Positions 46,629 to 53,872 of a DNA stretch of 54,806 bases are shown one piece after another. Origin of the DNA: a virus (taxonomy: Duplodnaviria; Caudoviricetes); the IMG/VR virus record IMGVR_UViG_3300020205_001884, positions 1 to 54,806 of that record. The stretch is one strand, 5' to 3'. The notes beneath the pieces are model-generated. The model was not told the origin of the DNA. It ran no database searches and was given only the letters and a program-made list of their open reading frames with translations. Position 1 is the first letter of the stretch; every line of letters starts with the position of its first letter. Made by a program: the position numbers and the translations under genes.

Positions 46629-47600
46629 TTACTGTAAAAATACTGTTTTAAATTTCTCCATAACAAGTTTTGGAGAAAATTTAGTTATGAGTGAATGATA
46701 ATCTTGAACAAATACACCATCCTGTAACATATTGAATTTCTCATATAGATCATCTTGAGATGTATATATTAAGTCCGAGGATTGTAAAAGTTGTACATGA
46801 TGAAGATCGTGTCCTTCATTAAACGCAAAGACTGGTTTATTGTGATATAAAAATTCGCAAATTGACAATCCAAAAGATTCCCCATCGGATCTAGCATGTA
46901 TCATAGCATCGCACATATTTATGAAATTACTTTTAGCAATCTCATCAACAACAGAATCACAAAATATTACTCTATCGTGTTGTATAAACTTATTAGTATT
47001 TAAAAAAACAAAATAACAATTAGAATTTGCTGTCAGATACTTTAATATTGTTTGATATACTTCTGGTATATCAAATGTATCAGCACCACCATATCTTCCT
47101 ATTACTAGAGCATTTTTTGGTATTCCCAATAATGATCTGGTATATTTTTTTGTTTCTGTGGGAGTAACCATACTAACAATATGAGGAACCCAGTTTGTTT
47201 TTACTTTATATTTAATATTAATAGTATTTGATAACCATTCTGATATGTACGCATAACATGACCCGTGTGGCTGATATTCTTGAAATACTGCATGGATTAT
47301 ATTTTTTACATTACTTAGATAATTATCATTATTGCCAGCTTTTATAAAATAAACACAATCAATATTGTTGTTATTGCAGATATAATTTACATAAGATATC
47401 CCCTGTTTAACTCGACTATATGGTAATACTTTAAATCTTGTATTAAATTTTGATAAAACTGCGGAATTAATTTCATTATCTGTATTATAAAGAATAACAC
47501 TTTCATTATTTAATATTTCTTCATTATATTTGGCATAATTAAATGTTGAAACTTCTGTTCCTCGCTCATTTAATTGATTGCAGTGAAATAATAATTTCAT
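46629..47600 (-). CDS. Glycosyltransferase, GT-B (GT4-like)
   Basis: Motifs 'ERGTEV..F.YA.YNE.IL', 'GRYGG', 'CDAMIHAR..GESFGLSICE'. Confidence 0.8.
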   Translation of the reverse strand: MKLLFHCNQLNERGTEVSTFNYAKYNEEILNNESVILYNTDNEINSAVLSKFNTRFKVLPYSRVKQGISYVNYICNNNNIDCVYFIKAGNNDNYLSNVKNIIHAVFQEYQPHGSCYAYISEWLSNTINIKYKVKTNWVPHIVSMVTPTETKKYTRSLLGIPKNALVIGRYGGADTFDIPEVYQTILKYLTANSNCYFVFLNTNKFIQHDRVIFCDSVVDEIAKSNFINMCDAMIHARSDGESFGLSICEFLYHNKPVFAFNEGHDLHHVQLLQSSDLIYTSQDDLYEKFNMLQDGVFVQDYHSLITKFSPKLVMEKFKTVFLQ

Positions 47601-48442
47601 ATTAGTTTTTGTATGTTTGCAAATATCATATCGTCTGCAGATTCCATGTTACATACTATTTCAAAATTGGTTTTAATTGCATTTATTTTTGATTGGTAAA
47701 GATCAGCAGATAAAGTGGAAGGATCAAAATTTTCGGTAAACATGATAATGCCATCTAAATCAAAATATTTACCTATTTCATCTGTACCAAAATAAACAGG
47801 AATAACTCCGTTTGCAAAACAATCAGTTATTTTTTCAGTAAAATAACAATTATATTTTATATTTTCTATGGCAATACTAAAATAATATGGTTTCATTGCC
47901 TCTGTTTTTGGTTTATGATGATAATGTGATCCGTTATGTGTTCCTATAGAATTGGCACCAAAAACATTTCCATATAAATCTACTTTTGATTTTAATTTAT
48001 GAGCACATGATAATCTATATCTATGACCTTCTGTCATAGAATTGTTTGAACATAAAAAAGATACAAGTTTTGTTTTATTATGAATACCAAATTCTGATTT
48101 TGGTGTCCAAGGTAAATTGCTTCCAGCAAAATTAAACACAAAAAAATTACGATCTAAATTTATCAATTCTTGATCACAAGTAAATATGTTGAAATATGAA
48201 TTTTTATAAAGATCTAAATTTTGTTTAATACTTTCAAAAATTTGTTGTTTTACAGTTCTGGATTCACAAAACCAACCAAATTTTTTATTATGCTTATTTG
48301 TTTTGGTTCCCTGAACTAAAGCAGAATCCATGTATACTTGTATCTCAGAATTTTTATTTGTCCAATTAAATGATTTAGGAGTCAATGTTCCGCAAGATGA
48401 ATAATTAATATTAAAAGGATTTCCTATTGCTTGTATTTTCAT
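47597..48442 (-). CDS. GT10-like (alpha-1,3-fucosyltransferase motif) glycosyltransferase
   Basis: Motif 'YYFSIAIEN....YFTEKI.DCF..G.IPVYFG'. Confidence 0.8.
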   Translation of the reverse strand: MKIQAIGNPFNINYSSCGTLTPKSFNWTNKNSEIQVYMDSALVQGTKTNKHNKKFGWFCESRTVKQQIFESIKQNLDLYKNSYFNIFTCDQELINLDRNFFVFNFAGSNLPWTPKSEFGIHNKTKLVSFLCSNNSMTEGHRYRLSCAHKLKSKVDLYGNVFGANSIGTHNGSHYHHKPKTEAMKPYYFSIAIENIKYNCYFTEKITDCFANGVIPVYFGTDEIGKYFDLDGIIMFTENFDPSTLSADLYQSKINAIKTNFEIVCNMESADDMIFANIQKLI

Positions 48443-49047
48443 ACTCTTCCCCGTTTTCTAATATTAAATTCTATATGTCTTTTATCCATTGATACAGAAT
48501 TGCCCATTAATATTTTAACATTTGGTAAATTTTTAGGACTTGCATATGACCAATGATATTCTCTAATTTTAATATTTTTATGTTTTTTATAATCATTATA
48601 AAGATCTATCAAAATTAGATGATCCAGATCTCTGATCGCTTTTTCAGCACCATCAATCCAATCATTGATAAAAGTTATAGATTGTTGTGTATTATTAAAA
48701 TATATGAAACAAGATTCTGGTATTATTTCAGTTGGTCTAGTTTCTCGTATAGCAGCACAAATATCAAAATTATTATCAATAAAATCATGAGGATAGTTTC
48801 TAATATGACAATCAATATCCATCCACACCACTGGGGTATTTAATTGTTGCATTTTTTCCAAAATATATCTTGGTTTTCTTAAACAATTTTCCATATAATT
48901 TGTTTTTGTTGGCAATTCATCTATAGAATAATTTATAGACACATTATCAAGTTCTTCTTTTAATCTCAAATAATTATCTTTGTAATAAGTAGATATTGCT
49001 GGATTACTATCAGAATAAAAACTTATCAAGGTATATGGCACATTCAT
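48439..49047 (-). CDS. Nucleotide-diphospho-sugar transferase (GT-A), paralog 1
   Basis: Motifs 'ISFY', 'NCLRKP.YI', 'VWMDID', 'IYFNNT', 'W...DH'. Confidence 0.7.
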   Translation of the reverse strand: MNVPYTLISFYSDSNPAISTYYKDNYLRLKEELDNVSINYSIDELPTKTNYMENCLRKPRYILEKMQQLNTPVVWMDIDCHIRNYPHDFIDNNFDICAAIRETRPTEIIPESCFIYFNNTQQSITFINDWIDGAEKAIRDLDHLILIDLYNDYKKHKNIKIREYHWSYASPKNLPNVKILMGNSVSMDKRHIEFNIRKRGRV

Positions 49048-49628
49048 ATTATTTTTCCTTCATTTTTTCTTCTATTTATTACCAGTTGTGTATGTTCTTT
49101 TTTCCCTAAAGTTTTAGACATAATAATTGTTACTTTGGAATCAGGTCTAATTGAACAAGTAGAATCTGAAAAATTTTTTCTTGTTTCGTTTGGTGGTGTA
49201 TACCACAGTTCCTTCAAAACTGGATGATCTAATTCTGGTTTATTTATGGAACACCCATCAATCCAAGTATTAATAAATTGTTTTGATTTTTGTGTATTAT
49301 TAAAATAAATCAATGCACTTTCTGGACAACCATTCGATTTAATGACACATGCTATATCTTCATCAATATTATCCATTTCCATAGGAAGAATATTTACAAT
49401 AGAATCGGCATCTATCCATATTATTGGTTCATTAAATTTTTGCAAACAATCTGAAATAAATTTTGGTTTTCTTAAACAATTTAAAGCATAACTTCCCAAA
49501 TTAGGCAATTCCTCTATATAAATTTTTCCGCCTAATTTTTCTATTGTATTTTTTAATTTGAATGCACTATCTTTATAAAAAGTGCATGGAGGTATATCAG
49601 AATAATATGATACAAACATTGTATTCAC
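49044..49628 (-). CDS. Nucleotide-diphospho-sugar transferase (GT-A), paralog 2
   Basis: Motifs 'VSYY', 'NCLRKP.FI', 'IWIDAD', 'IYFNNT', 'W...DH'. Confidence 0.7.
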   Translation of the reverse strand: MNTMFVSYYSDIPPCTFYKDSAFKLKNTIEKLGGKIYIEELPNLGSYALNCLRKPKFISDCLQKFNEPIIWIDADSIVNILPMEMDNIDEDIACVIKSNGCPESALIYFNNTQKSKQFINTWIDGCSINKPELDHPVLKELWYTPPNETRKNFSDSTCSIRPDSKVTIIMSKTLGKKEHTQLVINRRKNEGKII

Positions 49629-50254
49629 TTTATTGTTCCCTTCAGTCTTCGACTTGCTTGGGTGTGTTCAATCACTACGGGCTTTTCCGGCTCAAACCAT
49701 TTGCAGTCAAATACCTTGCAATATGATTGTGGAAGATTGAAAGTACGCAAACCTTTGTTGTCAAATTCTTCCCATACTTTTTGCAAGCTTTGCTGTTCCC
49801 AGACCGTAGGATTTGCTTCGCTTTGTTTTTGCCATGCGTGAATCAAGTCTATAGCAATCTGGGTATTGTTGAAAAACAATGTACCACCTGCCAACGCTTC
49901 ATTGCCACGAGTCCAAGGCTTTAGATGCTTGTTTCTTTCTTGATTCCAAACATTAGGTATCCAATAGCAACCAAAATCATAATTCTCTAATTCATCGAAT
50001 AATTTTGGATGTCCCACAAATCTAGCATCAGCATCAGTCCATACAACTCCACATTTCAATTCATGTATTGCACTTAATGTGACTTGTGCTTTCATTGTGC
50101 AGTTGTGAACCCAAGACTTTTTACTTGGCATTTCATATGATTTGAACGGATATTGTGTAGTAGTATTCTCTTGTAAAAAACTATGACAAGATCTTCTCCA
50201 TGCCACAGCTTCTTCTTTATATTCTGGCGTATAAAATGTTATAACTGAAATCAT
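49625..50254 (-). CDS. Nucleotide-diphospho-sugar transferase (GT-A), paralog 3
   Basis: Motifs 'ITFYT', 'W..NC..K', 'VWTDAD', 'GTLFFNNT', 'WEQ..LQ', 'LPQSYC', 'VIEH.QAS'. Confidence 0.72.
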   Translation of the reverse strand: MISVITFYTPEYKEEAVAWRRSCHSFLQENTTTQYPFKSYEMPSKKSWVHNCTMKAQVTLSAIHELKCGVVWTDADARFVGHPKLFDELENYDFGCYWIPNVWNQERNKHLKPWTRGNEALAGGTLFFNNTQIAIDLIHAWQKQSEANPTVWEQQSLQKVWEEFDNKGLRTFNLPQSYCKVFDCKWFEPEKPVVIEHTQASRRLKGTIK

Positions 50255-50877
50255 GATCTATTCACCTTCTGTTCAACAGATGCTAGTTTATGTAGGATGA
50301 CTGCACCATGTCTTCCATGCAATCTATCTATCTGACAATACGATTGCGGTAGGAACTCTGTAATAGGTTGTACATCGCACCAGGCTTGCTGCAGCGTCCA
50401 TTGATCCCATGCACGGGGATCTTGCTGCTTTAGATCAATCCAACGATCACATAGCTTTATAGTATTCTCACACACTCTCATAAAGATTGTGCCAGAATTA
50501 AACCAACAAGCAGGTGTTGTGGCTGGCCAGTTAGTGGGTAAATGAATTCGTTCTCTACCAGCCGGTACTTTGCTTTTACCGCCTGGTTCTCCCCGAATCA
50601 TGAATTCTTGATTACCCAATAAAAATAAATCTGGATACTTTATAATCTGGGCATCGCTGTCGATCCAGATAAGACAATCTCCATGTGCAGATTCTAATAG
50701 CATTTCTTTTATGAATTCTGCTTTCAATGCACAATTCTCTACCCAAGTACCTTTGTCTTGTTTTTGTTTAATTACAAAATCGAGAGAGTGTTTCTTCAAA
50801 CTACTCTCCAATTCTTTTATTAATTGTGGATATATCCCATTCGGTGTATAGAACGAGATAAATTTTAACTTATTCAT
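50251..50877 (-). CDS. Nucleotide-diphospho-sugar transferase (GT-A), paralog 4
   Basis: Motifs 'ISFYT', 'W..NC..K', 'IWIDSD', 'NSGTIF', 'WDQ..LQ', 'LPQSYC', 'VILH.LAS'. Confidence 0.72.
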   Translation of the reverse strand: MNKLKFISFYTPNGIYPQLIKELESSLKKHSLDFVIKQKQDKGTWVENCALKAEFIKEMLLESAHGDCLIWIDSDAQIIKYPDLFLLGNQEFMIRGEPGGKSKVPAGRERIHLPTNWPATTPACWFNSGTIFMRVCENTIKLCDRWIDLKQQDPRAWDQWTLQQAWCDVQPITEFLPQSYCQIDRLHGRHGAVILHKLASVEQKVNRS

Positions 50878-51755
50878 TTTTTGCGTTTATGCATCATATT
50901 AAAGTACACACCCATGTCTAATTTAGGCTTGGGTTTTTCTTTTTCTTTTTGTCTAGTTTCTCGCATCAGGCGAAAATAATTATTCATATTATTGTCCTGC
51001 TCCGATTGTTTATTCTTAGGAATTTCTCGTGGTTGTTCTGCTTGATATGATCCTATATCAAATTTTATTTCTCGAAACATCACATTTTCCGAAACTTCTG
51101 GAGTATATTTTGGAACTCCCATATTTTCAAAAGCAGATCCACACTCCCAAGAATACCAATTATATCCTTTGTTTTTTGCAACAGGATACCATGTCTGTAA
51201 AAATGCTGCAGTCTGATCTAATGTCTTTTTAAAATTGTGTTCTTTCTTTTTATCGAATGCTGCTATGGGATATGAATACTTTGATTCAAAATTATCAGCA
51301 GTAAGATCATTCCCAGCAAATATTAAATTCTTGACACCAGACACATGCAACCATTGTATTGCGAAAGTCAGTGTTTTATGTGGTCCACGAAGCAAGGGAG
51401 TAGATGGATCAAAAAGCAGTGATTCATATTTTTGATTCGCTTCTCTTCCCTCATGATATGGATGTTGTATCACATGCTTACCGGGAGTTCTAGTAGTTTT
51501 GTTTGGTACTACCTTTATTATATCCGGATCATCCCAAGCAGTCTTTCCTTCTTCCCCGTGCATCTCATTCAAATTATCTGCAATGAACCAATAGTTCGGT
51601 TTCTTTATTGATCTTATTGTTGTGCTTATTGCACAGACTGGCAATCCAAGAGAAAACACATCAACTTTATTGAGAGAAGGCCCAGAGCAAGCAACTATAC
51701 ATGTATCAGTTGGGAATAAGTAACTCATTGTTGTTTTCCTTGTAATACTCATCAA
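50874..51755 (-). CDS. Maf/DUF115 (CstII-like fold) putative glycosyltransferase; start probably at 51728 (MSYLF)
   Basis: Motifs 'CIVACSGPSL', 'P.YW...D', 'AIQWL...G...LIFAG.D'. Confidence 0.6.
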   Translation of the reverse strand: MMSITRKTTMSYLFPTDTCIVACSGPSLNKVDVFSLGLPVCAISTTIRSIKKPNYWFIADNLNEMHGEEGKTAWDDPDIIKVVPNKTTRTPGKHVIQHPYHEGREANQKYESLLFDPSTPLLRGPHKTLTFAIQWLHVSGVKNLIFAGNDLTADNFESKYSYPIAAFDKKKEHNFKKTLDQTAAFLQTWYPVAKNKGYNWYSWECGSAFENMGVPKYTPEVSENVMFREIKFDIGSYQAEQPREIPKNKQSEQDNNMNNYFRLMRETRQKEKEKPKPKLDMGVYFNMMHKRKK

Positions 51756-52380
51756 TGGCTTCTTTGAGATCTTTTACATAATCCATAGGATCTCTTTCAT
51801 AAACCATTACGCTGCCTTCTTCGCAAGACATCAATATTGCTATATTACGAATGGCAATTCCCGTTCTTTCCTGAAACATTATTGCATATGCAGTCGCTTG
51901 CATAAAGTATTCTTTAATGTCTTTATCTGATTTGGGTGCTTTACTTGTCTTAAAATCTATAACAGATAGTTTACCATTATATTCAGCAATACAATCTACT
52001 CTACCTGCCATCTTCAAAGTACTAGACCACAATGCAGTTTCGAGTGATTTGATGTTGGTTATCTTATCAAGTTCTTCCTTGATTTGAGTAAACATGTAGT
52101 AATCGCCAGGGCGTTTCTGCTTACCGGCTTCTACTGCAATCTCGTCATTGAGTATATAGTTTTCAATTATAGTATGAAAGTGCGTTCCGCGAGCCAGTAC
52201 TCGACGAGATTCATCGGGATTCTTTCTACGCCATTCGGCAAAGAAAGCCCGCTTCTTCCATCCTGTTATTGTAGTAACGGAAGGATACTTGTTGCCGTCT
52301 GGTGCAACATAGAATCGTTTACCGTTTATTTCTTCTGTTCTTAAATTGTCTTCAATCGCTACTATCTCATGATTAAACAT
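51706..52380 (-). CDS. PD-(D/E)XK exonuclease (Cas4-like exonuclease of T4-like phages)
   Basis: Motifs 'G.RFY..PDG..YPSVTT', 'RGT.FH..IE', 'AGRVDCIAEY.G.LSVIDFKTS', 'YF.Q..AYA'. Confidence 0.88.
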   Translation of the reverse strand: MFNHEIVAIEDNLRTEEINGKRFYVAPDGNKYPSVTTITGWKKRAFFAEWRRKNPDESRRVLARGTHFHTIIENYILNDEIAVEAGKQKRPGDYYMFTQIKEELDKITNIKSLETALWSSTLKMAGRVDCIAEYNGKLSVIDFKTSKAPKSDKDIKEYFMQATAYAIMFQERTGIAIRNIAILMSCEEGSVMVYERDPMDYVKDLKEAIDEYYKENNNELLIPN

Positions 52381-52389
52381 ATTTTACTT

Positions 52390-53001
52390 TCAGTCTAGGG
52401 TGGGAGTTCCACCTTGTATTCTCATCTTAAATTTAGAACCAATGCCACTCTTTTCCACTTGATCGGGGGCAAATGTTCTGATGTCATTGTGCGAATCTGC
52501 TCCAGCTGGAATGTATCCAATTGGTGAAGCAGATCGATTGCCTTTGGAATATGGCATTACAGCAATCATTCCGTGTTCGCCAGGTATCATGGATGCTATC
52601 CTAGTCGTCTTCATCTTCTTACCACTTTTACCACTACCACTTACAAGATAATGTCCATCTGTATGAGGAACAATATAATGTCTGTCTAGTTCGCCTTCTT
52701 GATCTGCACCAAATACTGGTTCCTTTTGGAGATAGACTGCAACACCTCTACCACCTTGAAGATGTGTGTTTATATGTCCATGAAGCTTTTTAGAAGACTC
52801 ACTTCTTGCTGCGCCTGTTACGCTACCAGCAATATCCTTGTTGGTCAACTTAACAGGATGTAACAGATCTATATCTTTTGCAAATGTTCCATCAGGCTTT
52901 TTGGCAGCGGTGTAAGCCGCTGGAACCGAACGCTTTGCTTCTTCTAATTTTTGAGCAATGAGTTGGGTTACTTGTCTGAGTGTAAAGAAATTGATTGCCA
53001 T
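52390..53001 (-). CDS. Hypothetical basic protein under a late promoter
   Basis: 203-aa ORF with an AGGAG Shine-Dalgarno and a CTAAATA box at 53030-53036; no recognisable family. Confidence 0.7.
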   Translation of the reverse strand: MAINFFTLRQVTQLIAQKLEEAKRSVPAAYTAAKKPDGTFAKDIDLLHPVKLTNKDIAGSVTGAARSESSKKLHGHINTHLQGGRGVAVYLQKEPVFGADQEGELDRHYIVPHTDGHYLVSGSGKSGKKMKTTRIASMIPGEHGMIAVMPYSKGNRSASPIGYIPAGADSHNDIRTFAPDQVEKSGIGSKFKMRIQGGTPTLD

Positions 53002-53061
53002 ATGCCAGTTCTCCTGTGAATTATATTACTATTTAGCACGAATAGAACTTCTATTGGCATA

Positions 53062-53093
53062 TATAAAGAACCGGACTCTTTGCAGAGCCCGGC
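53062..53093 (-). terminator. Intrinsic terminator of the anti-23S sRNA
   Basis: Minus strand GCCGGGCUCU-GCAA-AGAGUCCGGU-UCUUUAU: a 10-bp stem with 2 G.U pairs that form only on this strand, a GNRA loop and a U-rich tail. Confidence 0.8.
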
Positions 53094-53201
53094 CCCCCTG
53101 ACGGTCTAAAGGTAGCGAAGTTCCTATAACGCATGAATAGCGTAATCAAGTTCGCAACTGTCTCCGAATCCTGACTCCCGGTATTCAATCCCTCAAACCA
53201 C
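53063..53201 (-). ncRNA. Putative structured small RNA complementary to 23S rRNA H69-H71 (domain IV)
   Basis: Plus-strand blocks TGACGGTCTAAAGGTAGCGAAGTTCCT / GCATGAATAGCGTAAT / CTGTCTCC / GACTC are collinear with 23S ~1917-1943 / 1964-1979 / 1990-1997 / 2004-2008 (recalled E. coli sequence). The promoter and terminator define the opposite strand as the transcript. Confidence 0.75.
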
Positions 53202-53204
53202 ATG

Positions 53205-53212
53205 TATTTATA
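53205..53212 (-). promoter_or_regulatory. Perfect T4 late promoter TATAAATA driving the sRNA
   Basis: Plus-strand tatttata at 53205-53212; no annotated ORF lies between it and the terminator. Confidence 0.75.
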
Positions 53213-53219
53213 AAGGCAA

Positions 53220-53285
53220 TCATCTAGATCTTGCTGAAATTCTTTTAGCTCTGCGTAGATTTTCCTTATCCGCAGAATTAATCAT
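53220..53285 (-). CDS. Putative 21-aa basic peptide MINSADKENLRRAKRISARSR
   Basis: GGAG Shine-Dalgarno just upstream of the ATG (ttGGAGatattATG); lies directly downstream of a sigma70 promoter. Confidence 0.5.
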   Translation of the reverse strand: MINSADKENLRRAKRISARSR

Positions 53286-53295
53286 AATATCTCCA

Positions 53296-53326
53296 AATAA
53301 AAAGAGAACGAGGTTAGTCGTTCTCT
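53296..53326 (-). terminator. Intrinsic terminator for the 145-aa gene transcript, abutting the -10 box of a sigma70 promoter
   Basis: Minus strand AGAGAACGA-CTAACC-TCGTTCTCT-TTTTATTT. Confidence 0.75.
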
Positions 53327-53354
53327 ATTATACTGGTATTCTTATGTAAGTCAA
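53327..53354 (-). promoter_or_regulatory. sigma70-type promoter TTGACT-16 bp-TATAAT
   Basis: Minus strand TTGACTTACATAAGAATACCAGTATAAT; same architecture as the gp32 promoter. Confidence 0.7.
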
Positions 53355-53357
53355 GGT

Positions 53358-53407
53358 GGTCTTAATAGGTCTTGAAGGGCCTTAGTAGGACTACACAGGT
53401 ATGTAGA
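53358..53407. repeat. Five degenerate 10-bp direct repeats
   Basis: ggtcttaata/ggtcttgaag/ggccttagta/ggactacaca/ggtatgtaga, with GG recurring exactly every 10 bp. Confidence 0.5.
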
Positions 53408-53426
53408 ATTTTAAAGAAGTGGCCTC

Positions 53427-53864
53427 TTATGGAGTTTTTCTTAAGAGATCTGCTTTTTCTTTTCTCATTGCGGCCAATTGTTTAGCTGCGGCTCGTTCGT
53501 TGGATGCTGCTTTTATTTTTGCACATTCAGCCTTTGCTTCTTTCAATTGATCTGCTACAGCGGCTTCGTCGGGTTTACCTTTTCTTCTCAGTAATTCCTT
53601 TTCCAAAGAAGTAACTCTGGCAGAACATTGTATAACTGCATTATCTAACATTTCTGCGCCTTGTTTTCGTTTCTCGACTGCTTCCGTTCCACCTTGAATA
53701 ATAGCACCAACACCAGATCCGCCAATTACTTTGCCGGCACTGCTTAGCAGACCTTTACCTATTGTGCCCAATGCACCTTTCATAAATGTGCCAACTTCTT
53801 CGTCAACAGATTGATCACAATTGCAGTCTTCATTTGAATTAATGTATTGGGAGAATTTCTTCAT
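53427..53864 (-). CDS. Hypothetical protein; candidate head internal (injected) protein
   Basis: N-terminus 'MKKFSQYI...VDEE' resembles the T4 capsid-targeting leader; a perfect TATAAATA lies 8 nt upstream (53873-53880). Confidence 0.6.
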   Translation of the reverse strand: MKKFSQYINSNEDCNCDQSVDEEVGTFMKGALGTIGKGLLSSAGKVIGGSGVGAIIQGGTEAVEKRKQGAEMLDNAVIQCSARVTSLEKELLRRKGKPDEAAVADQLKEAKAECAKIKAASNERAAAKQLAAMRKEKADLLRKTP

Positions 53865-53872
53865 AGTGCCAG

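Noticed and set aside
51706-52380. Cas4 as part of a CRISPR system
   Set aside because: No repeat-spacer array or other cas genes are seen; this exonuclease is a common stand-alone gene in T4-like phages.
53041-53055. AATAGAA-C-TTCTATT palindrome
   Set aside because: It is AT-rich and short; it could be an operator beside the CTAAATA box, but there is too little support to call it.
53091-53125. Sense-strand H69 mimic, or an I-CeuI / group I intron homing site or attP remnant
   Set aside because: GGCC...GGTC could form a short H69-like stem and the block overlaps the I-CeuI site. However, the promoter, terminator and G.U pairs all favour the minus strand, the site core is altered (CT to TA), and no LAGLIDADG or integrase gene is in the window. 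Disfavoured but not fully excluded.
53091-53190. A real rRNA gene, or an assembly chimera with host 23S
   Set aside because: It is under 100 nt, lacks H71, has substitutions at conserved positions, and is bounded by a phage late promoter and a terminator on the opposite strand.
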